Assembly (NCBI RefSeq): GCF_009834535.1
Contig: NC_045697.1
Coordinates: 53,384,001 to 53,448,000 of the forward strand
DNA: 64,000 bases
DNA from: Camelus ferus
Lineage: Eukaryota
Direction: 5' to 3'
Within the stretch, counting starts at the first letter, position 1. The number at the start of each line of letters is the position of its first letter. The translations under genes were made by a program, and so were the position numbers. The notes below the pieces were generated by a model, which saw only the letters and a program-made list of their open reading frames with translations, did no database searches and was not told the DNA's origin. Shown in pieces: positions 1 through 13,905 of this stretch.

Positions 1-151
1 GTTTATAAGTAATATTTTTAGAAGAAGTGTATATTATCACACTTGTGTAGAACATCCAAATCCCCAGTTTATCATTTAATTTACAATATTTCAAAAATAT
101 AAAATAGATACATGAACTATGGTATAAGTTAAAGAGAAATAAGATGTTTAT

Positions 152-156
<5 letters not shown>

Positions 157-186
<30 letters not shown>
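157..186 (+). repeat. A30 homopolymer in CSN2 intron 1
   Basis: Directly visible. Confidence 0.95.
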
Positions 187-188
<2 letters not shown>

Positions 189-1019
189 CCAGGAGGGGCA
201 GAGATGACCTAGGAACAGAAAAGAAGAAAAATATAATTTGAAAGAAAGGACAGCTTAAATTATCTTAGTTAAAAATAAAATTCTGGCTTAAAAATTGTAT
301 ATAAAGTGCTAATTATAAAATAAAGAAAATATAGTAGTCTTTCCACTGATAGTGATCTCTAATAGAGTTCCACATTAGCTTTCGTGAGTCTTGACGATAA
401 AAAGTTCTTTGGAAACTCATGGAAGTCTTAGGGAAAGTAAAATAAAGAAAAAATTAGGTAGTACCCAGGAGAAAAACATAGCAAATTTTTCTTAATTTAG
501 TTTGAAAATCTGGAATTGAGGATTGTGTGTCAAGGGATATTGGTGGTGCAAACATTATTTTTTATGGTGGGGCAAAGATTATTTTTTATAAGTCCTTACA
601 GAAATGTGACAAAATCAACCATTTACAACACCTCGGTCAAAGGTGTTCACATACTTTACATTATGCTACAAGGAGAAGGAGCCGAGAGTGGGGACTGGGC
701 AAGGGACCCAGACCCCTTGTTTAATCATTAGGATACAAGTACTCAGAGGTTTCCAGAGAGTATGATCTCCAAAATTACATGGCACAAAGGAGATGTCATT
801 AGGTGTGTGGGAATGAAGACTGTGCGGTGGATACACACGGAGAAGAAACAATCCAGTCAGGCCAAGGAAAGATCTGGATGAGTGGGGCAAATGAAGGAAA
901 TGCTAAAATGAAAATCCCAGTCTAATTGGAAATAAGGACATATGAATAAGCCAAACATTTGTGGAAACTGTTTAGTAAAGAAAAGATAAAAATAAAGGAT
1001 TTTCTTTGACTAGTCTCCT

Positions 1020-1130
1020 CTCAATAGAATTGAGGCTCCAACAAAGCTGAGACCTTAATATTTTGTTCACTGCTGTAATCGCAGCATTTAAGCAATGTCT
1101 GGCAATGAATGATGCTAAATAAATATTTTT
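1020..1130 (+). mobile_element. Probable L2 3'-end fragment
   Basis: ttgttcactgctgtaatcgcagc...taaataaatattt resembles the L2 tail; by eye. Confidence 0.5.
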
Positions 1131-1488
1131 CAAAAAGTAAATCAATTAATTACTCTTTGTGTGAATATCTGTAACTTTTTCCTGCCTTTCAAAAAAACTC
1201 TCATAAGTACTGTGAATGAGATGAAAGGGTAAAGCAGGACAGGGCTGTTAGCTGAAAAAAATCTGAGTGGCTGACAATGAAATATGAATTTGATACATAA
1301 GAGTAGAGAGTCACTTGATTTTGACCTTGGTCAAATGACAAAGCTTCTATTAGTATTTTTTCCTAAAATACAGACATTTTTGTTATACACTATCTTTGGT
1401 TTATTTTAAAGGAAATTAATCCTACTGAAATAAGAAAATACATTAGATTGACCAGTATATCACCATCTCCTCATTTCTCCATCCATAG

Positions 1489-1551
1489 GACTTGAGAGTC
1501 ATGAAGGTCCTCATCCTTGCCTGCCTGGTGGCTCTTGCTCTTGCAAGAGAG
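1489..1551 (+). CDS. CSN2: CSN2 exon 2 (12 nt UTR, ATG at 1501, signal peptide)
   Basis: ccatag/GACTTG...AGAGAG/gtaagt; [17 protein letters not shown]. Confidence 0.98.
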
Positions 1552-4500
1552 GTAAGTATACACGCACAAAATGTCTCTAAATAAGTCATACTATGGTGCC
1601 ATCTGCCTATGTGTAGACAATAGTATTCTCAACATGTTAAAGATATAAATAATGCAGAATTTCAGGGTTTTTTTTACTTCTAAGATAATCATTTACATTC
1701 ACCCACTCTCTCAACAGTATCTTACAGGATCACAAATTCGAGTCAGATACTTTGTACGTTACTCTGCCACCAGTCCCTACAGGAAAAGCAAACAAATCAA
1801 TAAGCAAGAAGGAAAAAGCAGAAACACACATAAGAACAACAAAAAAGAGTAATATTGCACAAATACAATGGCATGCATGTGCAATCTAGAGAAATATTTC
1901 TAATTTCAGAGATGAGATACATGCATCTTTTACCCTAGGGCACTGGGCCAAACCCCACCTATGTCTATTCCACAGAGGATGATACTACAGAGGATGGAGT
2001 TTCAGGCAATACTCAGAAACATTCATAATCATAATAAAAAGTTTTAATACAAGTTGAAATAACTAAGATAACTCCTATTCTGTTACCCATCAAAAACTCT
2101 TCATTCAGGTAAAATAAAACTGTATCAATAAAAAAGTTACTAAGTATAAAAGACATAGGAAACAATTACACTTCAAGACTCTCAAATGACCTTTAACCAC
2201 TTTTTATTTCTCGAATTGTGAATTAGCTACCTCTGCATAAGGAAGATAAAAATTAGGTAGGAAAAATGTTTAAAAATGAGTTAGTTATATAAAGTAAAAT
2301 GGTGTTTTTTTCTCTACAGAAGGAAGAATTCAAGACAGCCGGTGAGGTAAGGCATTTTTATTCAGAGAAAATTTTCCAACCATAAAATAATAACACTTTC
2401 TGATGATCTAGGAGAAGACTCAGCTGGGTGTTGATTTTTTTTTTTTCCTTTATAGGCTTTGGAAAGCATTTCAAGCAGTGAGGTAAGACAGTGTTTATTT
2501 AAAGGCAATTACCCAAATGTAGAACAGTAAAATACTCTACTATCTTTCTTTTTGTGTTAACAGTAGGGCAGTTAAGCCAATGTAGCTATGTTCTGACCTG
2601 TAAATTCTAATGTAAATTTCCATTGTATACATTTAAAGACAGAATAAACATCTGTAGGATTTTGTATTGTAGCAGGTTTTAAATTGGCTTCCTACTTGAA
2701 ATTGTGTCACAGGGCCCCTTTTTTAATGAACTGTAGAGTCCTATTTTCTATCTTGAACTCTACGTTAACCTCATTCACTGTTTTGACACTTACTGAGCAC
2801 TTTCTGTATTAGAGTAAGAGCTATGGTACAAACTGGAAAGAGGGAAGCATAGAACTTACAATGCTGTGACTGGGCAGACATGCAAATAGGGACATTTTGT
2901 AATTATGATAGTGATCTAGGAAATAAGAGGCTGTGAGACTTAGTGTAGTCCTAAATCTGCCTGCGAGAGTCAGGTAGATATTAATCATTGCATCACTCTT
3001 TTGGGATCTGTCATCATCTGCTAGTTAAATGGTACATCAATATACTCTGCCTCTTCACAAAGGTTATAAGATCCTTACAGGAGAATATTTGTGTCTTATA
3101 CTTCATTTGAAGCCTAAACATAACAAGGGAACAAATATATCAAAGGTTATTATAATGAATTTTCAATGACTATTATTCTTTTAGAATCCGAAGGGTTAGA
3201 GCCCATTTGTTGTCATAAGAAGGGCGCAGGGTGACAGAGAGAAATTAGCATCTGTTAAATGCCTTTTTATACTATGTTCACTAATTTTCTTTATGAAATT
3301 GCATTGTCTGTCCTCTTATAAAACAGACTTATTCAGAATAGTGTAACAAAGTTTCAACAATTAAAATAATATTATTAAACAAGGTGTCCACATTAACCTA
3401 GAAATGTCTTCATTTTCTGATTTATATTGACAAATAATAATTGATCATTAAAACTAAACCTGATTTTATTTTTTTTGAAGGAATCTATTACACACATCAA
3501 CAAGGTAAAACCTTCATATTTAAATGTGCATGTTTTCAGAATTTCCTGTGTTCAATTTTTACAAATAATAATTCTTTATGTGTGATTTTTACTTTTTAGC
3601 AGAAAATTGAGAAGTTTAAAATTGAGGAACAGCAGCAAACAGAGGTAATTTGTTTACGATAAGTATACTTCAAAAATTAATATGAAATATAATACATGGA
3701 AACATATTTATAATTATATGTTCAGTCTAAAGAATAGTAATAAAATAAATGTCAGTATAGGAAATTAAACTTTGACAAAGTAAAAATATTTTTAAAGACA
3801 TAAACACATTTTAAACATATAGTCAATTTCCAGAGTATAGAATTAATCCCTAAGAATAACTATTGATTTATTCACATTACTAATGATATACTTGTTTTCA
3901 ATAAGTGCACATTAGTAGAAACATTTCCAGGTTGGGGACTGAGATCCTCTGATTCTCAGGATGAAGATGCTGATGAAAAAGACCAGGGAGGCAGTGTGGT
4001 ACAGATCCTAATTTGATCACTTATCAGCCATGTAACCTTGGCTCGAAGTTTCTCTGTGCCTCAATTTCATCATCTGTAAATGAGACTACTCATAACCCAC
4101 AGTAAATATTCAGTGATGTTACATTAACATTCTGTAGCTTTTACTCACATTTATGAATGGGTGAGGTTCTTTAAAGTATTTCCTTTACACAGATGAGAGA
4201 TGTGAGGTACAGAACTGAGTATACAATTGTGTGACACTATCACATAGTTATTAAATAGTAGCACTTGCTTAAAAGTAAGGATTTGGGGGATGACATAAAA
4301 TTCTTTATCTAATTAAATCACTCTTGCTGTAACATTTATCTAATTGTAGTAGTTAAGCTTTCTTGTTTCACCGATAAAGTTGGATTGTTTGATACTTACA
4401 CCACATATTTTCTAAATCAAAGTGAATTTACAAATAGATGCCTCTTGAAAGACTCGAGATAACCACCTTCTACCAAGGGAAATAGTGCTAGAAGTTTGCT

Positions 4501-6216
4501 ATTGTTAAGTAACTCCTTGAATTAAACCACAAATTAGATTTACTTTTCATTAAAACAAATAAGCAAAAATAAACCGTGGCGTTATCCCTCCAAGTCTTTT
4601 TCTCACATGGCCAATAGAGTTTTATTTATGCTCCAAGCCCTTTTTGCCCTCCACTATTGGGTTATTTTGAAATATTACCCAACATTGTTTTATTTCATCT
4701 GTAGACAATAGATCTTCATTGTATGAAAAAAATATGATCTATGATCTATTATCAACACGTTGTTGAAAAGTCTGTGCACTCTAAATATGCAGCTACAGCT
4801 ATGCAGGCAGCACAGGAAAAAGTAAAACAAGTATTGAGATCTCCAAACATTAATTCCACTTTGATTCGTGGATTCACCTATGAAGGAAGCAGATTAATGA
4901 GAAATCTCTCAGTGAGCATTTTACCCCCTAGTCTTCACATGATCCCCACAATTCCTTAACTACAATAAGTGAAAGATTCTCTTTTTCTCTTTTCACTTAA
5001 TTATGATTGTTCAAAAGAGAGGAGGTTAATTCATCATGAACGACAATCAGCGCTGAATTACAGACTCAAAATATTCTTTTCCTTCTTCCAGGATGAACAG
5101 CAGGATAAAATCTACACCTTTCCCCAGCCCCAGTCTCTAGTCTATTCTCACACTGAGCCCATCCCTTACCCTATCCTTCCACAAAACTTTCTGCCGCCTC
5201 TTCAGCCTGCTGTGATGGTACCTTTTCTTCAGCCTAAAGTAATGGATGTCCCCAAAACTAAGGAGACCATCATTCCTAAGCGCAAAGAAATGCCCTTGCT
5301 TCAGTCTCCAGTAGTGCCCTTTACTGAAAGCCAGAGCCTGACTCTCACTGATCTCGAAAATCTGCACCTTCCTCTGCCTCTGCTCCAGTCTTTGATGTAC
5401 CAGATTCCCCAGCCTGTTCCTCAGACCCCCATGATTCCTCCTCAGTCCCTGCTGTCCCTTTCTCAGTTCAAAGTCCTGCCTGTTCCCCAGCAAATGGTGC
5501 CCTACCCCCAGAGAGCCATGCCTGTGCAAGCCGTTCTGCCCTTCCAGGAGCCTGTACCTGACCCCGTCCGGGGGCTCCACCCTGTACCTCAACCACTTGT
5601 CCCTGTGATTGTAAGTGCAGATTTACTAACTGTGCTGTTTCACTCACGGTGTGTATATGATGTTAGAATAACTAAGTGAGGGCTCTAGAATGAAAGAAAA
5701 AAATGAGCAATGGATGATTCCAAAACACACATAGTTCAGATCAGTGATTCTCAACATTATCTACAAACAGAATAACCTGGAAAACATTTTTTATTTCCAA
5801 AATCCCAATGTCTAGGTTTACCCACGGAGATTCTGATATAATTGTTCTGATTTTCTATGTAGAAGAAACTGAGTAATGAGCAGAAATAATTTCAGGGATT
5901 ATGATTTAGTTGGTCTGTGGAGAATTTAGATAAAGAGGATTAATGTTTACTAAAGCCAGAATTAAATTTGATAATCTCATTTGGCTTGGAATAACAAACC
6001 TAAGAAAGTTTGCTATTTTCTATAATTTGGAAGTTTTCTTTATGCACATTTATTGCTCCGCATGCTTCATTTCACATCTTGTTTTTGATACGTGAATGTA
6101 TGAGGGCAAAATATTGAATTGCTTATTTCAAGTATTCATGGACTTCTTAGGGAAAGTTTTCTTATCAAAAATGAATTGTATATTTATTTGTTTATTTTTT
6201 AATTTTTAAGGCCTAA
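1501..6216 (+). CDS. CSN2: Beta-casein, spliced CDS join(1501-1551,2320-2346,2456-2482,3481-3504,3600-3644,5092-5610,6211-6216), 232 aa; non-coding exon 1 is outside the window
   Basis: All introns are GT-AG and phase 0. Translation [70 protein letters not shown]...PLVPVI-A* is recognisable camel beta-casein. Confidence 0.99.
2320..2346 (+). CDS. CSN2: CSN2 exon 3 (KEEFKTAGE)
   Basis: ctacag/ ... /gtaagg, 27 nt. Confidence 0.97.
2456..2482 (+). CDS. CSN2: CSN2 exon 4 (ALESISSSE, phosphoserine cluster)
   Basis: ttatag/ ... /gtaaga, 27 nt. Confidence 0.97.
3481..3504 (+). CDS. CSN2: CSN2 exon 5 (ESITHINK)
   Basis: ttgaag/ ... /gtaaaa, 24 nt. Confidence 0.97.
3600..3644 (+). CDS. CSN2: CSN2 exon 6 ([15 protein letters not shown])
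   Basis: ttttag/CAG ... /gtaatt, 45 nt. Confidence 0.96.
3985..4100 (+). mobile_element. MIR SINE fragment
   Basis: MIR core tctctgtgcctcaatttcatcatctgtaaaatgag. Confidence 0.65.
5092..5610 (+). CDS. CSN2: CSN2 exon 7 (519 nt, Pro/Gln-rich body)
   Basis: ttccag/GATGAA...GTGATT/gtaagt; lies within ORF 4969-5679. Confidence 0.99.
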
Positions 6217-6252
6217 GAAGATTTCAAAGTTAATACCTCCTCCTCACTTTTG
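6211..6252 (+). CDS. CSN2: CSN2 exon 8 (Ala, TAA at 6214-6216, then 3'UTR)
   Basis: tttaag/GCCTAA...TTTTG/gtaagc, 42 nt. Confidence 0.95.
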
Positions 6253-6987
6253 GTAAGCTTTAGGAGTTTGGAAATTAGACTAATCATTTTTACAGTTAAC
6301 ATATTTTTAGATTTCATTCTCCTGGATAAGCCCCAAATAGTCCCAAATATCATTAGTTTACCAATTTAATTATTAATTATCAATTTATTCTCAATGGTTG
6401 ACTCCTGTTTACTGACCTGAAATTATGTATCTCTTGTATTTCAAATAATTCAAAATTTTATTCATGTGCTATTGACATATTAGATTTGTTTTTCTTTCAA
6501 GTGTCTATACCCTTATGCTTGATTATCATTACTTTTAGGAAAAACTGAAAATAATTTCTTCTACTTTTATGTAAATTTCAGAGCTTATTTTAAAAATCAA
6601 TTGCATTCACATTTCTAACTTAGGCTTTATGAACTTCAATTGTTTTTGTCTCATTTAAAATGTATACGTTGTCTTTCCATTCACAAGTCAAAATACAATT
6701 TATTAGTCCAGATATGACTTAAAAAGGGAGTAGAATGTAGTTTTGAGATTCTTAAGCTACAGATCTTTTTGTGATCATGATAGATAAGATATTTTAATAA
6801 AACAATTCCAATTGAGCTGATATTTGGTCCTAGAGGAACTTTAGTATGCCTCCAAGATAAGGCACAACATGGTGCATTCATAATAAAATTTCTCTTATAA
6901 ATTAGCCACATCAAAATTACAAAAGGGGAGAGATTATAGTTATAGCATATAAAATAACTAATATTATGTTTGTTCTCTATTCCACAG

Positions 6988-7303
6988 AATTGACTGCGAC
7001 TGGAAATGTGGCAACTTTTCAATCTTTGTATCATGTTACCAAAACGATTTTTAAATAACTCTCCATGGAAAAAAATGAAACTGTAGTCCTTTATTTATTT
7101 TATGCTTTACATGGCACTCATCTTAATTTGAATTTGACTCAAAATTTTAATTCAACTAATGCCATAAAGTTCAATGTTAAGTTGGAAATACCATAAGCTT
7201 ATCAAAAATGTTTATAAAAATCATTTGTGTAATTTTGCTTATTATTATTTCTTTAAGAATCTATTTCCAAACCAGTCACTTCAATAAACTAATCCTTTAG
7301 GCA
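6988..7303 (+). other. CSN2: CSN2 exon 9 (3'UTR), polyA signal AATAAA at 7283-7288
   Basis: ccacag/AATTGACTGCGACTGG acceptor; the 3' end is approximate. Confidence 0.9.
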
Positions 7304-7905
7304 TATTTAAGATTTCCTGTCTTTATTATAATTTTTAAAACCTAATAGACCTATTTACTGTTAACTTAAAGTTATTATTTGTGTTAAGAATTATCTTGGA
7401 AGAATTAAAATTGAATAGAATGGTTCAAATTAAACATTAAAGGAGATCAAAAATGGGAGAAAAAAATAGGGTGACCATATGCTGTGTATGTTCTCAAAAG
7501 CTTTGGTTTACATTTATTATCTCAGCTAAACTATTACACTTGTGCCTTTCACTCTCAAAAGTATTGGATATAAAATTTTATGGTCATCCTAGGGGGAAAA
7601 AAAGCATGAAATGTGAAATCTGAATCACAGCTCCACAACATACACAGAAGCAGCTGAGTGGTTCTTTGTAAGTTAGTCTCCCACATCTATAAAATGGTTA
7701 ACTTCAGGGGTTTTACTGAAGTTTTAATGTGAATTGTGCACTGCACAGTGCATAATACATGTTCTCAGTTGCTTCACTTTACTGACTTCATCAGAGTAGC
7801 AAGAGCCATTATCACCATCAGAAAGAGCTGTGCTATGTGGTTTGAGCCATCAATGCCCAAGAGAGTAGACTTACGTGAAACTCTGATATCCATTGTCTCT
7901 GTCTG

Positions 7906-8331
7906 TGTTACGGCAACGTGGTACAGCATAGTGTTCCAGCAGAGTGTTACAGCAACCTGGATCTTGGCGAGAGAGACCAAGCAACACTCAGAGGGTTGGA
8001 GAACTCAGGTTTATTATGCTGGCAGGACCAGAGGAGTTAACACTCCAAGCTCTGGACCCTGCCTGTAGTTTTACACATGCTTTTATAGGTTACTAGTCAA
8101 GATTTTGCAACATCATATGCAGAGTAGGTGTAACAAATGAACCAATCAGGAGTGAGCTTTGGGAACCAATAGAATCTTAGGGGTAAGTTCCATTCTCCTA
8201 GAAGCAGGCCGTTTTACAGAAGCACAAAAACAAGATAATGCTGCTGGGCCAGGGAACTGGATGGCACTGGCAGGAAAGTACTGGCCCTGCCTGTGGGTCC
8301 TGCCGGTCATTTCATGGGGCTTCCCACCTCA
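7906..8331 (-). mobile_element. ERV solo LTR
   Basis: TG...CA termini; polyA signal (tttatt) and TATA (ttttata) on minus; CCAAT-type repeats; internal 17-bp direct repeat; GC-richer than flanks. Confidence 0.75.
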
Positions 8332-9189
8332 TGTGGAGTGGTTGCTTCATTGTGATGAATTGTTTGTCTACCAACTCTTACATTTGAGTATTCAATTTCT
8401 TCCTCCTGAGTTGTTTACACAACGACTTGTTTCTAGCTGTAATTTCATCTTTCCTGCACCCTCAGTGTTTTCCTCACCTCAGGATCAAGTGCAAGCCCAT
8501 ATTTAGGCTATAATATCTCACATCTTTAAAGAAAATATTTCATCCTTAACAATTCTTCAGGTTACTCTATGGCAATTATCATAAAAGAAGTATCCAAACT
8601 GCTGTTTCCTTTATTTCACATTATTCTCTCATCAACCTGTTCCCATTGAGATTTTATCCCTTTAGATACCACTTATTTTTCAAGGTTATCAAACGACTTT
8701 CATCTTATTAATCTGTGTTTGTTTTACCAAACCTATCAATGTTATTTGGTAGAGTTAATCATTCCTTCTGTTTTGAAATATCATACTTCTTCCCATTTGA
8801 AATCTTAAACCTGGTAAACTCCTGGTTTCTTTCTTAACCCATTAAACGCTTCTTTACAGTCTCCCTTCTGGCATTTTCTCCTTCTCCAAACTCTTAAAGG
8901 TTGGAATACCTTAAGGGTTAGCCTTACTCTCATTACTGTTGTTCAGTTGCTTGGCTTTAAGTTCATTCATAGGCTCAGATCTTCCATATGTCTATCTCCA
9001 AACTTATTCCTTTCCTGAACTCCAAACTCATGCACTCAGCTGCATTCTTGGCTTCCACATCTGACTATCTGACTAATATCTGAAACCTGACATGGCCAAA
9101 CATAACTTTTTGACTGAATCTAGCCCTCAACTTGCTCAAACTTTAATTGGTCATAGTTCAATAACAAAACCAGCTGATATAATAGTATG

Positions 9190-9790
9190 TAGGAAATAGA
9201 CTTAAATAGGCACTTCACCAAAAGAGGTTATCTTAGTGATCAATAGACATATGAAAAGGTGATTGACATCATTAGTGCTCAGAAAAATGAAAATTAAAGA
9301 TACTGAGTATCATGACAAAACCACAAGAATGACTAAAAGGAAAAGAACCAGTAATACTAAGTTTTTGCAAAAACAAGCAAATAAAAGGAATGCTAAGCAA
9401 TGCTAATATAAATGCAAACTGGTACAAGCAATATGGAAACCTGTGTTAGTCTTTGTCAAAGGCAAACATCTGCTTATCTTATGACTAGCAGTTCCACTCT
9501 TAGGTATATAACAAAAAGAAATATATATATGCTCTATAAACATGTACGTAATGTTCTCAGCAACATTATTACTAATATCTCAAACTGAAATCAACATAAA
9601 TATGGATTAACAGTATCTTGTAAAAATAAGTTATGGTTTACAATGGAATAAAATATTATATTGTAATTAACATGAATGAGTTGCTGTCATACCAAATAAC
9701 ATGGATGAATTTTATATGAAAAACATTGAATGACAGTAGTTAGACACAAAATATAATGGAATACACAACCCTACACATAGAATTTATTAG
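9190..9790 (+). mobile_element. Old L1M ORF2-end/3'UTR fragment
   Basis: gacttaaataggcacttcaccaaaagagg...gcagttccactcttaggtatat...acatggatgaat L1 motifs. Confidence 0.8.
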
Positions 9791-10535
9791 AATCTCTGCA
9801 CTATTAATTTCTGGTTAGATAAGCTAGACTACTGGTTAGCTGAAGGAATGTGAGAAAATGCTCTCATGTCCTAGTGATATTCTTCCCCCTAGCCTGGAAG
9901 ATGAGTACTCTGTGATCATTCATTCCTATGTGTGCACTCAGTATATTGCCTACCTTCTTACTTTTCCTTATGGTTGGGGCCTTACCAATGCAGAATTACC
10001 TCTTTGCTTCTGGACTTGAACGTAATTACCTACTAAGGCATACTGACCTGGCTTCCTTAGAAGCTGTGGAATAGTTGGTTAATGCTACTGTGAAACTCAT
10101 AGTTTTAGCCCCACTGGGGTGAAATTTTTAAAATGTGAAGCAGAGATGAAGGAGAACTTGCAGCTAATTTGTCTCTTCTTTCTTTTTCTGTATATTATTC
10201 AGAGGCTCAGTTCTTCTGTGAAGCTAGAGGTAATTAAACAATAATCACCTTAAGTATTGAAATAAGCAATTCAATATTTTGCCCTCATACATTCATGTAT
10301 CAAAAACAAGATGTGAAATGAAGCATGTGGAGAAATAAATGTACGTAGGAAAACTTTTAATTATAGGAAATAACAAACTTTCTTAGGTTTGGAACCATGG
10401 GATTCCTGACAGAATAGAATCAAATTTCTGGGTGTCATGGTTCTATGCTGGTGGATCTTTCACTGCTTATGGCCATAAAGCTTATATTTTGGGGAAAAAA
10501 AAATCCAAGATTGAGTTTTTGAATTATAAAATAAA

Positions 10536-10891
10536 TGCTTTAGTTCAGGCTTCCATAACAAAATTCTACAGAACAAATGGCTTAAACTACAAATATTTCT
10601 TTCTCAAGTTCTGAAGGCTGGGGGTCCAAGATCAAGTTCCCAGCAAATCCTGTGTCTGGTGAAGTCTCTCTTCCTGGCTTGCAGACAGCTGCCTTTTACT
10701 GTACCCTCACATGGCAGAGAGAAAGATCATCTCGTCTATATTTTCTTATCGAGGCATTCCTTCCACTCATACAGGGGCCTCTCTGATGAACTAACTGCCT
10801 CCAAAGACCCCACCTCCACATGTCATCACACTGGGGATTAGGGCTCCAGCATCTGAATTGGGGGATGGGCACAAATATTTAATCTGTAGCA
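10536..10891 (+). mobile_element. MaLR (MLT1-like) LTR
   Basis: ccataacaaaat...gttctgaaggctgggggtccaagatcaag...cacactggggattagggctccagc MLT1 hallmarks. Confidence 0.8.
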
Positions 10892-11999
10892 ATTAAAATG
10901 ACATGCCTTTACAAGGTCTTCAAAATTTAGGATAGTAGAATTTTCATTATTGAAAGTGAAATATATCAGAAAATGCAGAAAATTTAGAGAACCCCTGCTG
11001 CTCCTGAATGTCTGACTGTGTCTCTTTTTCATGATAAAAATCATGATTTCTTTGTTTACTGTAGCTAATCATTGCCTAAATGTCCCAGTTCTCACTTTTG
11101 TTTCACTATAACCAGGAGTCAACCTTGATATGGATTGGAAGTAGGAATAAAAAACCTAGAAAGTTCTTGACTTAATGCATAGCACATAGCATAGTACATA
11201 GACTAGTATCTTAGAGGCTGGATCTGGCTGACAAAGAGAAGGGGACTGTGTATTTTGTATTTAAAAAAACCCCATGAAGCTAGACCATGTTAAAAAATTG
11301 GGAGTTCTTACACACAAGTCCATCCACATATCTAGTTTCTCCTGTGAATCCTAATATTTGGTCACACCTGACCTGTGTGTTCCTGCTTGGCAGCTATGGA
11401 TTAGAAGGCACAGCAGAAGAGGAATGCACACATTCTTCAACTCACTGTCAGCATCATTGTTTTTCACAACTATCTATTTTCACTCACTTCTGTTATTTGT
11501 CAAGCTCTAGAAGGCAGTTTGGTAACCATAATCAAAACAGAAACAGTTAAACATCTATAAATATGTTTAGTTCTAATGGCCCATCACTTCCCTATACCTA
11601 TAACAAAGCATAAATGACTCTCCTTTAAACTTTTCCATGAAGAGTAAACTATTATAAAAGTCTTTTCTGCCTAACTACAGTTGACTGAGAATTCTAGTGA
11701 GGTGCAAAGTAATTGAAATTGCCTTTCTGACCTCAGGGGAAATGGAAGGAGACTAGTGTCACCAAACCAAGGCTTAATTGGTAAACTCCTGGAGCAAGGT
11801 GATAGTTAAAACTTTCAGAGATAAACAATGAAAGGGGGTAATTATTGCATTAGAAACGGTCAAACCAAAGGTGATCTCTGCGTGAGGCTAATTATTATAT
11901 CCATAGAAAAATTTAATAGCCAGATAATTTTTGATATATGAATAAAAAATGTTTTGGTGATGAGAATATGTCTACCGAGGAGAATTCTGGGTCAAGCTA

Positions 12000-12900
12000 C
12001 CAACAGAAAGAATGATGAGTCACCCCACCTGCAATTTACGAATAAGAATCAGTCTATTGGTCTACATCTCTTGAAGCGAACGTCAAAATCCTATAGGAAA
12101 GATCATGCTATAGCATCATATTTCCAACCCTCAACCCTGGTACTTGCCTTCAGACTATGAGTTTTGAGCACTTACCTGGATAAAGGGAGCTATCTGATCT
12201 TACAGATTCTGGGATCCATGCTCTCTCTTACCACTCATTACTTGGAATGGGGAATATCCAGAAAATCTGCTGTTCATGTAGAGATTTCTTTGAGTCAAGT
12301 AATAGTTGGTGTTGCCTCAAGAGTTCACCCCCTTTCCAGCCTAGTGATAGTCTAAACCATTTATTGGAAGTCTTCAGTTCAGAGAGTATGGTTTAAATGG
12401 ATACACTTAGAAACTGGTCTAATCTCTGTATTACCTCCCTGATGTATGGAGGAAGGAGGTCAAAAAACACTGACAAGAAACTCATTTTGTGTCTCCTTTT
12501 ATAATAAAATAATAATTTTGCCTCTCTGGGGAAACTACAGCAACTATTAAAGACTAAAAGCTAGTAAGTTATATCATTATTTTATTTACCCATTTGGTCT
12601 TTGCAATATCTTCTTGGAGACTAACAATAGATTATTGCAAATCTACTGAGGTGGTGACATCTATTACAGGTGATATTTTAAATGTGGTACATATGAGATA
12701 AATTCCTGATACTTATTTTATAGCTAATATGTACATCTTTCTCCATTCTAACTTAAAAACTAAAGAAAAAGGGAGAAAATACCAGAAAGAGTTTGCTTTC
12801 ATCTTAAAAACAGAGGCTTCTGTCTAATGTGACAGTTCTAAGGACAAGTCTACTCTGGTCGTGCACCACAGTTTAGTCTGAATGACTCATTGTGCTACGT
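12000..12900 (+). mobile_element. Degenerate ERV-L internal (pol/RT) remnant
   Basis: From 12615 translates WRLTIDYCKSTEVVTSITGDILNVV, resembling the ERV-L RT motif WRMTVDYRKLNQVVTPIAAAVPDVV; boundaries approximate. Confidence 0.6.
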
Positions 12901-13905
12901 TCATCATGTAATCATTAAATTGATGGTGATAACTTTACTCCTGTAGGATTCATAACACACAAAGTAGTGTTGTGTTGGTTCTTTGGGACCTGACATGATG
13001 ACAGAAGCTGGGAGACACGTTTTATGAGGACGTAGGGATCTGCACCTTGCATTAATTTCCTATAGGCCCAGAAGTTGAGTATGTAAACAAACATTCTGTA
13101 GATTGAATAACAGGTTGTTTTACCTTGCACTTCTTAATACTGAGAGAAGGCAGGAGACCCAATGCTAAATCACTTTTTAAAATTTTTCAAAGCAAAAAAA
13201 TACATTTGAGTGTTAATATAATCAGTAAGAAAAGAACAGCTGATGGCTATCTAGATGCTTGAAGCTGTGGCACAATGGACCTTGTCACCTGTATTTTGTG
13301 ACCTGGTGGATACAAGGTTCTTAGAGTCATGACAGGTTGGGTGGGTTGGGAGGCCTGAAATCAACCCTGAGAAGTAAATTTCACCTGGGGTGTTGAGGAT
13401 AACAGAGTAAGCAACTATTGTCATTAAGAGAAATAACTCCTCATTGGAGTTCTGGAGGACACTGAACAGACCATCATGAATACTATGTTCCCATGTGTCC
13501 TGAGTTAACTCTTTCAATGAATATTATCTAATCTACCTAGTTATAAACTCAAGTATAATTCTATGGATTGGACCCAAACAGATCCTAAGGGTATAAGTAA
13601 ACAGTGTAACCAGGTTGTTCAAATTCCCAGTGCATTTATAATTGCCACGCTGCTGTTCCTCTCTGTTCCCACACCTTTGTTCTCTTGGAAAATATTCTAT
13701 AAACAGTTGACTTCAAATGAAAGATCTTGGACCCAGTTTACAATCTACCAGCAGCAGCCTGAAGTGAACATTTAAACATTTTTTCATTAAAGTATGATTG
13801 AAAGTGTTATAAAAATGTAGTGAAAACAAAATGTTACATATATATAAAGACTCAACAGGGCTGTGAAAACTCCACTGAATGGAATAATGACAGAAAATAG
13901 GGATT

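Noticed and set aside
5137..5592. 151-aa antisense ORF
   Set aside because: Shadow of the Pro/Gln codon bias in CSN2 exon 7; no independent gene signals.
4969..5679. 236-aa ORF as a standalone gene
   Set aside because: It is CSN2 exon 7 plus open intronic flanks; splice sites define 5092-5610.
7736..8506. 110-aa and 115-aa ORFs
   Set aside because: They overlap a solo LTR, start at non-ATG codons and show no recognisable domain.
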